Shown one piece after another: positions 1-12,524 of a stretch of DNA of 64,000 bases. The stretch is from contig CAWCNS010000005.1 in assembly GCA_963796965.1 (NCBI GenBank), forward strand, positions 192,001-256,000, in the 5' to 3' direction. Positions within the stretch are counted from its first letter, which is position 1. Each line of letters begins with the position of its first letter. Made by a program: the position numbers and the translations under genes. Below the pieces are notes generated by a model that did not search any database, was not told where the DNA came from, and saw only the letters and a list, made by a program, of their open reading frames with translations. This DNA is from Calditrichia bacterium (GTDB lineage Bacteria; Calditrichota; Calditrichia; JAJRVZ01).

Positions 1-139
1 CTCAAAAGATTTTTCATACCCCTTTCCCTTTGGGCATATTATATAAATGCCGGCTCCCGCTTTTTTAAGTGTTTGTGCCTCTTGCCACACTCTTCGATCG
101 AATGGAACCGGCAGGTTCTCCACTATTATTAGAATATTC

Positions 140-1447
140 TTACCAACTAATTCCAAAATAATTCTCCCTGGATAGAAATTCATCGTCTAGTCGAACTAAA
201 TCAAAAATAATTTTGTCTGTGACGCTAAGTAGACTGCCTTTAAATTCCTCTTCTTTGTTTGAGATTATTAAAATTTCTGAATCTCGTATTATTTGATTTA
301 TATCATTATTGATTAAATTTGACAGGTGAGGTATGTGGGCTTCAATATATGCTTTATTTGTCCCCGTAAGTTTTGATAGATGGACATTTCTATCATATAT
401 TTGAACCTGATATCCTTTCCCTAATAAAGTTTCAACTACAGTGACAATCGGACTATTTCGTAAGTCATCGGTACCGGCTTTGAAACTTAATCCCAAAAAT
501 CCCAGTTTCTTTTTTTTTGTATCTATAATTTTGTTAATCACCCTCTCAATTTGTAGACTATTAGAACGACTAATGTTTTCAATAATGGGTAAATCGATAT
601 AATTATCATGTGCAAGTGTTTGCAGTCCTTTTAAATCTTTTGGGAGACAAGAACCACCATAAGCAAAACCCGGTTTAAAATAATAAGGGGAGATATTTAG
701 TTGTCTATCTTTAATAAAAATTTCCATAACGTGGTGGGAGTCAATTCCAAGAGAATGGCATAAATTTCCTATTTCATTTGCAAATCCAACTTTAAGTGCA
801 TGGAATGTGTTATTGATATATTTTATAATTTCTGCGACTTTAATATCTTTTATAATTAATTCCCCTGGGAGATCTTTGTACAACAAGGCAAGCTTCTGCG
901 CTGAATCCTCATTTTTGGCGCCTATCAAGGTAAAGGGTGGATTATAATAATCGTTTACGGCACTTCCTTCTCTTAAGAATTCGGGATTTGATAGTATCGA
1001 AAAGTCGATTTCGGGAATTTTTCCTGAATTCTCGGCGACTATTTCGGCGAATTTGTCGCAAGTTGATGGCTCGACGGTTGACCTGATAGCAATAATATGA
1101 AATTGTTCTTTCTTTTTTAATACCTGTCCAAATTGTTGAGCAACTTCAAATATGTAATCTAATTTGAGATGTCCTGTTTGTGAAGAAGGAGTACCTACTG
1201 CAACAATTGAAATTTCACTATGCATAATTGCATCAAAATAATCAGTTGTTGCGCGAATATTCCCAAGTTTTTGTTGTTCTTTTATAATATGGTCAATATC
1301 TTTCTCAATAATTGTAGCCTTGCCTGAATTAATTTGATTTACTTTGGTTGAATTGGTATCTACTCCTATGACGTTATGACCATTTTGCGCCAGACATCCA
1401 AGACTAACACATCCAACGTATCCTAATCCAAAAATACTAATCTCCAC
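140..1447 (-). CDS. NDP-sugar dehydrogenase (UDP-glucose/GDP-mannose 6-dehydrogenase, AlgD-like)
   Basis: Rossmann GLGYVG, NPEFLREG, catalytic GFAYGGSCLPKD, FKAGTDDLRNSP. Confidence 0.93.
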   Translation of the reverse strand: MEISIFGLGYVGCVSLGCLAQNGHNVIGVDTNSTKVNQINSGKATIIEKDIDHIIKEQQKLGNIRATTDYFDAIMHSEISIVAVGTPSSQTGHLKLDYIFEVAQQFGQVLKKKEQFHIIAIRSTVEPSTCDKFAEIVAENSGKIPEIDFSILSNPEFLREGSAVNDYYNPPFTLIGAKNEDSAQKLALLYKDLPGELIIKDIKVAEIIKYINNTFHALKVGFANEIGNLCHSLGIDSHHVMEIFIKDRQLNISPYYFKPGFAYGGSCLPKDLKGLQTLAHDNYIDLPIIENISRSNSLQIERVINKIIDTKKKKLGFLGLSFKAGTDDLRNSPIVTVVETLLGKGYQVQIYDRNVHLSKLTGTNKAYIEAHIPHLSNLINNDINQIIRDSEILIISNKEEEFKGSLLSVTDKIIFDLVRLDDEFLSRENYFGISW

Positions 1448-3381
1448 ATTTATCTCCGATTTTTATTATTGTTTGAAATTTAATCGAACGGTCAATTTTT
1501 AATTTTGAATAAATAACAGGGCAGGGTGTCTTTTGATAAAATGCTGTTGAATACCAACCTAATATGGGCTCTTGGCTGCCATTTACCAACACTGGATTTA
1601 ATTTATTGTCCATATGTAATAGAATGGTGTCCTCATTAGGTAATATTAGTTCATATATATTCGTTTGGTCTTTTTTAATTTTAATTTCTGGATGTAAATG
1701 TAAAGGAAATTCTATCACAACATCTTTATTTGATCCCATTTCAATCGAATCTTCAATAATAACAATATTCTCTAATTTATTTAGATTTATCTTTCGATAA
1801 TGAATGATCTCTTGGGAACTATATCCATCATGGCTTGTGTGTATCATATCAGATTCCCTACTTGAATAGGACTCTATTAATTTGGTCTGATAACGATTTG
1901 TCCAGAGTGTAGGACCTCCATTTTCTGCTTGGTTCTGTTCATTCATTCGGATGGTATTATGGGCAAGAGTACCAATAAAATATTGGCGCCATTCGTGATC
2001 TGAATGATAACAATACGTACCGGAGTCTATGAAAACAGGGTATCCGTTATAATGTAACGAAAACGAGAGGGCATCAGCATGGCCATGTGCTGCTATCGAA
2101 AGGTAACCCAAAGATCCTGAGTTGAAATGTAGGAGTAATTCTTTATTAGCAATGATGTTTCTTAGAATAAAATGTCCTTCCTGAGGGAAAAAAATTGAAC
2201 TTTTTATAACTTTATCTTCTGGTATAGAATTAAAAGCATTGTGTCCTTTGCCTCCAAAGAGAATTTCATTTTTTAAATCATAACCCTTTGATCCAGATTT
2301 TAATATTTTATCACTAAAAAGAATTGCTCCCGAAATCAACAAGGATTCAAGATTATTAATAGTAGGTGAAAAGTCTAAAATAAAGGCCATGCCATCATCT
2401 GCATCCCCATATTGTGGAATCTTTCCTTTTGAATCGATCAAGTTATATATATAATAAATTATTTGTCTTAATTTATTGTTATAGCTGGCGGAAAAATTGT
2501 TGTTGGTTTTACTCCCTATTAAGTGAACAATTAGAAGAAAATCAGTTACAAATTGAATATAGCCAGAAGCTTCCTCCCGGTTAATACCATTTATACTATG
2601 CTGGCGGTGGATCTCAGTCTCCAGAATCTTTTTTGCATATTTATTCCATCGGCTGGATTCAGAAAATTTCCAATAAGAGGAGGCTACAAATAGACCTGCA
2701 GCCTCAGCAATTCGGTGATTGTTTGCTGATGAATACTTTGAAGGATTTGAGTAAGAATAAACGCAATGTAAATATATTAGAGGTATCCATTTTTCTGTGA
2801 CAAATATTTTAAATTTGGCGTTTTTATCGATTAAGTTGTTAACTTCTAGAATTCTCCCAGCAAAAAAGCCAGGTGATTAATCGAATGTTTATTTCAATAT
2901 TACTATGCCAGTTTACTCCAATTAAAAAAGGATTGAACGTAATCCAGGAAACAATGATATCTTTGAAATGCTCCAAGTAGATGGCATTGTTACTAGCCCG
3001 AAATTGCATTGCTAGTTTTGTGAGATACTGTAGGCGATTGACTTCCCAGACGTATTTTGCATTACCGGCCTCATCTGTTCTGATATTGATATCCTTTGAA
3101 AAGATATTTGGAAATATTTTTCCAGATTTTATATCTAAATTCCAATTAATCTTCTTCATATAGTCTATTTTTTTGTCAAATATATTAAAAGATGTGTCGT
3201 AGTCGTTAAATTCAATATCAAAATTAAATAGTTGTAGAGGAAAGGTAGTTATCTTGACATCTGGAAATATTCCTGTTTTTAATCGTTTCTCAGAATTTTT
3301 TTGTATGTATTGTTTCAGGCGAAAAAACATCTCAGCAGTAGACATACTGCGCAGTCGATTGATATACCATTTATAATTCAT
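1437..3381 (-). CDS. Heparinase II/III-like protein (alginate lyase-like), split by one frameshift near 2850
   Basis: N-part 2839-3381 has WEVNRLQY. The frame of ORF 1437-2441 stays open upstream with KYSSANNH, and the C-part has AHGHADALSF and DSGTYCY...AHNT. Confidence 0.8.
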
Positions 3382-3683
3382 ATATGTAATTATAGTTAAT
3401 AATTTATTTTTATGATTCTGAATTAGTGCTTTAACAATCTTAGGCGAAAAGAATGGTGCGATAAGTCTCAGGTTTAAGTCAGATTAAAATAATTTCCAAA
3501 TTAGTTTGTATCCGCGTCCTTTTTTGTGAATGATCTTAAATTGGAATTTGAATTGTTTAGAATATAGCGTCAGTGATGCCCAGGCCACTTTATAGATTTT
3601 TCGGCAAAGAAGAGGTATTAGGTAAGCAGATATACATTTAAACAAGATATTATTCTAAAGAAATTAAGACTAAAATATAGAAC

Positions 3684-5099
3684 CTAATAGGCTCCATCTC
3701 CTATTAAAACAGCGGGTATCGTTTTTATTAATATCTTAACATCAAGGAATAAATTCCAATTGTCAATATATTTAAGGTCGAGTTTCATCCACTGGTCGAA
3801 ACTTATGTTATTTCTACCAGATATCTGCCATAAACAGGTAAGTCCCGGACGCATTGATAGCCGTCTTCTTTGCCACGTCTCATATTTGTTGACTTCCTCT
3901 GGCAAGGGTGGGCGTGGGCCTACGATACTCATTTCTCCTTTAATGACGTTCAGAAATTGCGGCAACTCATCCATGCTGGTTCGACGTAAGAATTTACCAA
4001 TCGTAGTGATTCGGGGATCACTTTTCATTTTAAAGACAGGGCCATCAATTTCGTTTTTACTTGATAAATCAGATTTTAATTGTTCAGCATTGTCAACCAT
4101 TGTTCTAAATTTATACATCTTAAAAACCCTGCCGTTCAATCCACAGCGCTCCTGAATAAAAAGCACAGGACCCGGCGAGGATATTTTAATTAAAAGGCTA
4201 ATTAAAATGAGTGCAGGTGAAAAGATAATCAGGTTTATTCCTGAAAAAGTAATATCAAATATCCTTTTTAATATTATAGGCAATGCGAAGTCGGGTGTCA
4301 TTGAAAAAGCCAATAACGGCATTCCATAAAGATTACTTATTCTTGATTTCCCTAATACAAGATTGAAAAAGTTTGATATAAGAATAATCGAAATCCCCAA
4401 TTCCTCGCAAATTTCGATAACATATTGCAGGCGTGATAATTTACTTAGGGGGAATGAGCATACAACCTCATCGATGGGATGCTCCATTAATATTTCTCTT
4501 AAATTCTCCAATGTACCACTTATTTTATAGCGTCTATCTCTTTTATCAATTTCACCCGCATTGTTATATATAATTCCCATGATATGAACACCCCATATAT
4601 CGTGAGTATTAATGCGCGATATGAATTCTTCAACTTTGTAACCATCGCCAATAATTAGTGTATTTTTCTTAAAAAATCCCCTTTTTATATAATATCTAAA
4701 AATATAAATGATGATATATCTACTAATAATTATTAATAATAGCGATATGAAAAAATATAAGAGTATGAGCAATCTACTAATGCTGTGAAATTTGAATAGA
4801 AAAAAAACAACTAACAGAGAAAGAATAATAATTACATTTATTTTTAATGAATTTAAAAATATAGTTTTAAATCTTTTGTAGCGTAATCGGTAAATATCAA
4901 AATTACTTGCCCAAAAATAATAACAAAACGGTATGAGAATTAGAGTAATCCATAACTCTTCTGGAACCCATATTCCTGCATATTCGGCTGGTAATAAATA
5001 TTTTTTTATGATATATGCTATATAAAATGCTACTAGATTGGCTAAACTATCAAAAGCGATAGTTAATTTCTTTAGTAGTTCTTGTTTTTCTATAAACAT
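3684..5099 (-). CDS. Priming undecaprenyl-phosphate sugar phosphotransferase (WcaJ/WbaP family)
   Basis: N-terminal TM segments; C-terminal FKMYKFRTM, RRTSMDELPQF, VGPRP, RPGLTCLWQISGR. Confidence 0.93.
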   Translation of the reverse strand: MFIEKQELLKKLTIAFDSLANLVAFYIAYIIKKYLLPAEYAGIWVPEELWITLILIPFCYYFWASNFDIYRLRYKRFKTIFLNSLKINVIIILSLLVVFFLFKFHSISRLLILLYFFISLLLIIISRYIIIYIFRYYIKRGFFKKNTLIIGDGYKVEEFISRINTHDIWGVHIMGIIYNNAGEIDKRDRRYKISGTLENLREILMEHPIDEVVCSFPLSKLSRLQYVIEICEELGISIILISNFFNLVLGKSRISNLYGMPLLAFSMTPDFALPIILKRIFDITFSGINLIIFSPALILISLLIKISSPGPVLFIQERCGLNGRVFKMYKFRTMVDNAEQLKSDLSSKNEIDGPVFKMKSDPRITTIGKFLRRTSMDELPQFLNVIKGEMSIVGPRPPLPEEVNKYETWQRRRLSMRPGLTCLWQISGRNNISFDQWMKLDLKYIDNWNLFLDVKILIKTIPAVLIGDGAY

Positions 5100-5549
5100 G
5101 ATTCTATATCTGTCAAATTATTTTATATCTATCTTTAAGATTCATGGGGAGTTATTTTGTCTTGCCAGGTAACAGCTAATATTCTATTAAATTTTTAGAT
5201 TCTGAGGTTAAAATGGTCTGCAATTTGATTGTAATTCCTCTACACAATAGATATAGACTAAAATAATTAATCTGGATTAACAAAGAATTCATAAATCTAT
5301 GGATAATTGCAGGTATGACTTTTCTGGTAAGGTAGACGATTGTCGGATCTTTAGATAATTGCTTTAGACAAGATAAGCGAAAGGTGGACTAATACTTGAG
5401 TTAAGGTAGGTAGCCGATTGTTGAAACCGATGAGAATTAGAACTTTTTCCATCAATTCTATGTCGTCTATTTTAATGATTGCGACTTATAAGATTGAAAT
5501 CTTTATATATTTTAGGCTTATAAAAGCTACCCGTTTAAAACTATAAGAT

Positions 5550-8045
5550 TTAAGAATTTACATTATCCTTATTCTCATATCCGTATCCGTATCCGTATCC
5601 ATATTTATATCGATGTGACATTTGATTGACATCTCCGGAGTTAACTATAAATCCCAGAATGTTCATATTTGCCTCTGTCAATGATTCAATCCCCAATTGT
5701 AAAACTTCTTTAAATGTGTGATCTGGCCTTATTAAAAGAACTACATCCTTTACAAAATTTCCAAGTACCAAAGTATCAACAATTTTGGTAACGGGCGGTG
5801 TATCTATGAGTACAAAATCATACAAAGGAGAAACGATATCTATTAATTCTTTCATTCGAGGTGAGTCAAGAAACTCGCTAGAATGTTCTATTATCCCGCC
5901 AGCTGGTATGAGATTTATAATACTCAAATTACTCTCAATTTCTGATTTTGGTTTTACTACAACAGGAGTGATAATATCAGAAGCATTAACTAAATGGGAG
6001 CCATTGTTATTGGCTAAGTAGTGAGTAAGACCTTGAGTATCTTTAGGAATTTTTAAATATTTTGCCATCGCTGATTTTCTAAGATCACAATCAATAATCA
6101 GCACTTTTTTATTGGCTCTGGCTAAAGTCAAGGCATAGTTTGCTACAACTGTTGTCTTCCCTGTATCCTCTTCACAGCTTGTAACAATTAGAGTATTCCG
6201 ATCATTACTAAGTAACTGATTTAATCGGGTCCTCAATAGTCTATATGACTCACGAAATGCTGGCTGATCATCCATGAGAGTTACAAATGGTTTCTCATTA
6301 TCAATTACATCATTAATTCTATTTATAAGATCCTTATCATAATTAGGAAAGATGGCTAGAATTGGCAATGAAAATCGTTTCTCAATTACATCTATGTTAG
6401 AGATTTTTTTATTAAAGAATTCTTGAATAAATACGCCGATAATAGCAATTATTAAACCTAAGAATGCGCCAAGTACAAGCAACAGCCTTTTTTTAGGGGC
6501 AACAGGTCTAAATGGAATATGGGCGGGATCAATGACAACTATATCCTGAAGTTTTGAATACTCAGCAACTCGTAATTCTTCTCTTTTACCTAATAGAAGG
6601 GTATACATTTTCTCGTGTACTGTTTGATTCCTCATTAGTTCAGCCAATTGAGATGCCTGCTCTGGCAATGATGCTAATTCAGAATTATTCTTGTTCATTA
6701 ATCTTGTTAAATTTTGTCTCTTTTTCTCTAATGTGCTTATAATTATTTTATAGGATGTTATAGTATTTTTATTATATTCGGTGAGTTTCTCTTTAATTTG
6801 GCTAATCTGTTGATTTATAGCAATAATCTCTGGATGATTCTCTTTACGTTTTTGTAACAATTCAAGTCTTTGTAGTTCGGCGTTTGACAACTGCGTTAAA
6901 AGGGCTGAAAATGGGGATCGTTCATTACTAACGTCCTTTCCTGGTGTTAAATAAGTTTGATCAATATATCCCTTCTCATTGACTTCGCGTTCAATTTCGT
7001 ATAATTCATTTCTATATTGTGTCAATTCAAGTTCTGTTTTTCTTTTTTCTGCTTCAATCTGGCCCGAAGATCTAATTAAATCTCTTGAACTCTCATCCAA
7101 CATAACTATTTGGTTATCTTTCTTATACTGGCTTAGTTCTTGCTCAGCTTGTTTTAATTTAAGAGAAATATCCTTCAACTGATTATCAATAAAATTGAAT
7201 GAATAATGTATGATTTGACGTTTCTGTTCAAGTCGGGCTTCTCTGAATTTTTCTGCTGTAGTATTAGCAATAAGTTGTGCCATATAGGGAGATTTAGATT
7301 TTGCTGAAATATTTAGTAAATTTACTTTGCCTTCTTTGAAAATAGTTAATTTGTCTCTCAGGTCTTCAAGTGCAATCTCAATATTATTTACCTTAATAAA
7401 TATCACAGATTCTTTTTTTGTAGACGGCCAATTGAGATAAAATTGCATAAATGGCAATTCAATTTCAATATTTGGATAATATTTTGCATCATAAATTAGT
7501 TCATCGGTGGAACTATCAAATACCTGGACTATATTGTCTTCTGATTTACGTATGTGGTATGAACCTCCCAAAAATTCTTGGTTGATGGATATATTTGAAA
7601 ATTTCGGATAATTTTTATACTTGATCTTTGTATTTAATTTGTGATTGTATTCGCTTAGTTTTAGATCAATTATTTCTTCTTCGTCCTGGGCATGTTCGAT
7701 TTTAACAACTGATATAAGTAAGTCAAGATCGCTAATAACTTTATCTAATACAGTCCTTGTCATTATCATTTCCATTTCTGTACCAAGTTCATCTAGGCTC
7801 TGATAGGCAAATCTTTTTTCGAATTCATCGCCTGAACTTTTACCTCCGCTAGTGCTTTCCTTCTTTAAGATAACTGTAGATTCATAGACAGGGTTCGTAA
7901 TAAGTATATATATAGTGACGACAGTTAATACAGATAAGACTGGAAGTATTAGAGAAAATTTCTTTTTTCTAATAATTCGAAATATATTAAATATATCAAT
8001 ATCCTCAACCTTATCAATTTTATTTCTATCATTTTGATTGAACAT
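5550..8045 (-). CDS. wzc: Polysaccharide co-polymerase/tyrosine autokinase Wzc
   Basis: Two TM segments around coiled coils, Walker A DTGKTT, IDCDLRK, LIDTPP, C-terminal YKYGYGYGYGY tyrosine cluster. Confidence 0.92.
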   Translation of the reverse strand: MFNQNDRNKIDKVEDIDIFNIFRIIRKKKFSLILPVLSVLTVVTIYILITNPVYESTVILKKESTSGGKSSGDEFEKRFAYQSLDELGTEMEMIMTRTVLDKVISDLDLLISVVKIEHAQDEEEIIDLKLSEYNHKLNTKIKYKNYPKFSNISINQEFLGGSYHIRKSEDNIVQVFDSSTDELIYDAKYYPNIEIELPFMQFYLNWPSTKKESVIFIKVNNIEIALEDLRDKLTIFKEGKVNLLNISAKSKSPYMAQLIANTTAEKFREARLEQKRQIIHYSFNFIDNQLKDISLKLKQAEQELSQYKKDNQIVMLDESSRDLIRSSGQIEAEKRKTELELTQYRNELYEIEREVNEKGYIDQTYLTPGKDVSNERSPFSALLTQLSNAELQRLELLQKRKENHPEIIAINQQISQIKEKLTEYNKNTITSYKIIISTLEKKRQNLTRLMNKNNSELASLPEQASQLAELMRNQTVHEKMYTLLLGKREELRVAEYSKLQDIVVIDPAHIPFRPVAPKKRLLLVLGAFLGLIIAIIGVFIQEFFNKKISNIDVIEKRFSLPILAIFPNYDKDLINRINDVIDNEKPFVTLMDDQPAFRESYRLLRTRLNQLLSNDRNTLIVTSCEEDTGKTTVVANYALTLARANKKVLIIDCDLRKSAMAKYLKIPKDTQGLTHYLANNNGSHLVNASDIITPVVVKPKSEIESNLSIINLIPAGGIIEHSSEFLDSPRMKELIDIVSPLYDFVLIDTPPVTKIVDTLVLGNFVKDVVLLIRPDHTFKEVLQLGIESLTEANMNILGFIVNSGDVNQMSHRYKYGYGYGYGYENKDNVNS

Positions 8046-8191
8046 TATAACAATCCTTGGTTATAACTGTTTAGTAACTTTATCTGTCTAAATCTGGTTT
8101 AATTATGTAACACTATTTTTTAGGTAAGAAATATATTAAATGCATTTTATCTAAACACATTTATCCCTAATTGCTATTATCCAAATTATTT

Positions 8192-8801
8192 TTACCTTGT
8201 CACCAAGGCCACTATAGCGACTAATAATCCTGCTGCTGAAATCATAAGTGCAGCATTGCTAGATGCACCCCATTTTCTTGAAACAAAAACACGATCACCG
8301 GATTTTAAATAAAAATCTGTTTCCTGTTCCGTATCTTGCCCTTCAATCAAATTTTCCGCATCAAAAACAAACTCTTTGTCACTTCTCTCAACGTAAACTT
8401 CACTCATATCCGAATCGGCAGTTTCCCCTCCTGCAAGAGCGATTACATCTAACAGCTTTTCTACTCCAGTTACAAAGTACACCCCAGGTTTTCTTACCTC
8501 TCCTAATACACTTATTCTGAAGAGCGGTAAAATAATTAATTCAACTCCGCGATACAGTGAGTCGTATTTTGCTTCTACCTCAGACTTTATAAGACTGAAA
8601 TCCTTCTTATTTACATCTATCATTCCTATATATGGCAATTGTAAAATACTTTTATGTTGAACAAAAAAATCGCCAGATATTTCTTCAGCCGGTAATATTG
8701 TAAAAAGAGATTCTGAGACCGTCACCAGGCTGAAGTATTTGGGCTTTTGCTGATAGGATGAATAGAAATAGGATTAGGGTGAAATATAATTTTTTTTTCA
8801 T
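8192..8801 (-). CDS. wza: Polysaccharide export protein (Wza-like, SLBB domain), frameshift near 8690
   Basis: ATG at 8801 gives MKKKLYFTLILFLFILSAKAQILQPGDGLRISF; after a frameshift LQLPYIG and SVLGEVRKPGVY follow; lies directly upstream of wzc. Confidence 0.8.
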
Positions 8802-9004
8802 TTTCTCTCTTTTTCATTAATTTTATTTTTGTTGTCAAAATATATAGCTTCGCCACGTCAATTACATAAAAAAATAAATCTTAAACTTTTTTAGTAAGAG
8901 ATTGGTTATAAAAATGCTGCCAGTTATAACGTCTAAAATATGATATTGGACCGTCAAGTTGTTTGATGCTAATGTGATAATTATAATGCCATCATTTAAA
9001 TCGT

Positions 9005-9744
9005 TTAATTAGAGTTATTTAAATTTCTCCAGCATTCTCCATGTCTTGATTTAAAAGATCCTGCTATAATTGGCGATATATTTATAATTCAAAATTTTGC
9101 AAATATCGCTGTGGTTTATATTTGTTCGAAAGTAAAAGCTCTGATTCGTAATGATTAAATAACCTTTGCTTGAACTCCCTGAAGTTTATTCCAAATTGAG
9201 ATTTAAATTCTGCGCGAAAATGACTTTGTGATATATTTAGATACGTGGATAATTTTACTTGTTGTACATTCAGTAACGGGTTTGTTCTCTAAATACTTTA
9301 TGATTTTTTTCGCCCGTGGCGAGGTAATATCATTTGAATTTAGGATATATCCTTCAGGTATTCGTTTCCAGTGATGTCCCCAGAGTCTGCCCTAAGTATT
9401 CTTTTAGATTTTTTTTACGATCCACTCCCACAATACATGAATTAATTCCTAACTCAGAAAGTTTGAGAAATTGTTGATTAACCAAATGTGAATTGTAGTA
9501 TATGATATATGTCCAAGGATTGTTTCTGCGGATAATACTTAGATCTTGTAGTGACTGTCTGATTGATAGGAGCCGTATAAATCAGATAATGCAAATCAAT
9601 GTTTCTATCGTCTGGATTAATTTTTTCTACATGATCCTTTTGGACATCATGAAGATGTAAATCCCAACCACCAAGACTGGATAAAGATTGCATTAATTCC
9701 GTGATATGATTTCCCCCATCGGAGCATATCATGGCAGTGGGCAT
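9005..9744 (-). CDS. AraC-family transcriptional regulator with receiver-like N-terminus; several frameshifts, mostly absent from the ORF track
   Basis: Manual translation across indels gives YLNISQSHFRAEFKSQFGINFREF and ICKILNYKYIANYSRSFKSRHG (two AraC HTHs); start MPTAMICSD with a GGGGGT SD-like site. Confidence 0.7.
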
Positions 9745-10111
9745 GTGACCCCCATTCAAGGATATGAGTATAGATTTGAGCGACCTAAAATAGATAACGA
9801 AACTAGACGAAATAATATCAAATGCGAGGACGATAATTATTTGTATAATAGTAAACGCAAAAGTATAATTGCAAATATTTTAAAAATAAACTTATCAAAA
9901 GCGATGAGAAATATAGGAATAAATCTAAAGAATTCGGGAGTGTCATTATAATAACTTACGAAGAATAAAAGTTATTGTTACTGATGACTTATAAAATTAT
10001 TTGAAAGATACTCCTATTCAGTATTATTTTTTGTCAATTTTACGTTGTATTAGAATTGTCCCTCTGCACATTTCAAATACGAAGTTATGTTTATTTGAAA
10101 TTTAAAAGTGG

Positions 10112-10726
10112 TTAATCGATTTTTTCAGGATAATATTCCTGGTAGTAATCAATAAGAGTAGAACGAAGCTCTGAATAATGCATACTCAGGTTTTTTTTTA
10201 TCTCCACCCTGATAATATCTTTACTTACGTTAAGTTGTCGTGATAACTGATCCAGATTGGCAAGGTTAATATCTGTTCTTTCCAGAATTTGGAACAATTT
10301 TGCAATCAGTTTGGATCCTTGAACTTTCTGAAAACCTAATTTAGATATCGGTATTTTGCGCCAATAGTTTGATTTTAAAAATTCAAGTTGTCTGCTGAGT
10401 ATGCCATTTTCCTGCTCACCAGCAATTATGTAATCAAAGAGTAAAAATACGGATGAGTCAATATCATCTTCGACCAAATAGTCATAACTGTAAATTTTAA
10501 AGAAATTTAAAAATTTTTCCTGCATACCATCAAGCCAATTCTTAATATCTGCCGGCGGTAAACAAAAAATAAAAAATCCCTTAAAACCTTTAGTATCAAA
10601 TTCTCTGTAATTCGGTTTTTGAATGAATAAAATCATCACATTTAATATGCTTCTCTTCGAGGGCATTAACTAAATGCTTTAAAGTGGGCTCTGTTTTTTG
10701 CTTACTATGATGACCTTAGGGCTCAT
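10112..10726 (-). CDS. Putative AraC-like/HTH regulator, apparent paralog of the 9005-9744 gene; 5' end frameshifted
   Basis: WRKIP motif resembles WKRIP of the neighbour, followed by LDQLSRQLNVSKDIIRVEIKKNLSMHYSELR (first AraC HTH-like); likely start MSPKVIIVSKK. Confidence 0.5.
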
Positions 10727-11103
10727 AAAATTCCATTGGTTATTCACTCAATCTATATTTACGAAATGATAAAAAAAAATATTTGATTTAAGTCACATCA
10801 TTTTTGATTAATTTCTATCAAAATGCAAAAAGTTAAGAGTGAAACACGATGAGGGTGGAGGGATTTTCCCGAAGGGATGCCTATGGCAAGGGTGAGTTCT
10901 TTAAATCAAGTCCCAATGTTGGGAAACTAATCAGATCATTTGATATTACAGTGTTAATTAATAGATATCTAAATCTTAACCGGACACTTTTGAATAAGGA
11001 TAAGATGTAAACCAGTATAATATGGCGTCGACTGAATCTTAGGTAAAAAGAACTTTGGGGTGTAATATATTGTAAAACAGGAGGATAGGGTGTGTCACCA
11101 TTT

Positions 11104-12208
11104 TTATCCCATGTACCGGAGTAATACTAAAGACAAATCATCATTTGGAGGTGCATCACCCATGAAATTCTCGACTGCATTTAAGACTTTCAATCCAGCC
11201 TTTTCCGCAGTCAGATCATTAAGTTCGGATAACAACTCTCTCAGACGTTCCTCACCGAAAAAATCACCCTGCTTATTACGGGCTTCAGTAAGACCATCGG
11301 AGTAAACCAAAAACAAATCATTCTTCTCCAGGGTGAGTGCTTCTTCCGGAAATTGTCAATTCGGGCATAATACCTAACGCTGGTGCACCCTTCTCCAATT
11401 CATAGATATCATTTCGTTTAATATGAAATGGAGGAAAATGTCCGGCATTGACAAATCGTAATTTGTTTGAGTTGGTGAGTATTTCAATATAGAGTAAGGA
11501 GGCAAAACGGCTGGGGAGGCTATCCCGGTAAAAAATGGAATTAATTTTTATAGCCAGATTGCTTAATAAATCAAAGTCTGGTGCCAATGCCCTCAGGGTT
11601 GATTGTAATTTTGCCATTAACAAGGCAGCAGGAAGTCCTTTTCCGGCAACATCGCCAATGGCAATCCCGTATCTGTTACCGTTTAACTTCATATAATCGA
11701 CCAGATCACCGCCAACATCATTTGCTGGTCTGGTAAATAACCAGACATCCCAGCCGGGAATTGAAGGCGAGGGATCTGGAGCGAGTGCTTCCTGAATTGA
11801 TCTCCCTGCTTCGAGTTCTTCCCGTGCAAGCAGTTTATCTTTTAATTCAAGTAGGATAATAAACAAAAATATCATGGCCCCTATAATGATTTTGCCACCG
11901 GAGGAGTCATTTGAATTGTTAGCAGAAAATACGAAATAGAGAGCAAGGAGAATTAAAACACGTCGATATGAAGAAAGACGGAGAATAAGACTCTTGAATA
12001 GCCAGGGGACTAAATAAAAGCCCTTCCGGAACCAATTCATCTTCTCAAGTCGCTTCTCACGATTTTGATCTAAAAAGTATTCACGTAGATCGTGGACTCC
12101 TAGTTTAAATTGTCTAAAAAACTCTCCTGAAAATAAATCAGAAATAAATCGACCCAGATCATTAAAGATCGTCTTGAATAGTTTTGGTTCTTCTTTATTT
12201 GATTCCAT
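11104..12208 (-). CDS. Membrane-anchored PP2C/SpoIIE (RsbU-like) Ser/Thr phosphatase, frameshift near 11330
   Basis: DVGGD, GDVAGKGLPAALLM, NAGH, YSDGLTEARN, DDLS motifs. Confidence 0.88.
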
Positions 12209-12524
12209 TTGCCCTCATTTAAGTAAGAATATTTTCACAATCAGTGATACGCATGTAATAGCAATTTGTTGTGAAGAAAATTAAAACTGAAAAGGGAAGT
12301 GGGTAACAACTATAAAATAGAAAAACAAGATGAACAAGGTACAAGGAAATTGGGATTAAATTGAAAATTGAAGAGTGAAAATTGTCAATAGGATTTCAGT
12401 GGGCAATAATATAGAATAAAACTTGACATCCTTCATTCAAAACGCCAATTACCCTATACCCTATACCCTATACCCTTTGCTTTTAAACAATATTCTTTGC
12501 AATTGATCATCTCACCTCTTAAAT

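Noticed and set aside
5577..5603. (TATCCG)n tandem repeat
   Set aside because: It encodes the Wzc GYGYGYGY tyrosine cluster and is not an independent element.
8844..8856. GGCGAAGC on the minus strand upstream of wza as an ops/JUMPstart-like antitermination site
   Set aside because: Short, imperfect match, and no NusG paralog is seen in the window.
9706..9951. 81-aa plus-strand ORF
   Set aside because: No recognisable motifs, and it overlaps the start of the better-supported minus-strand AraC gene.
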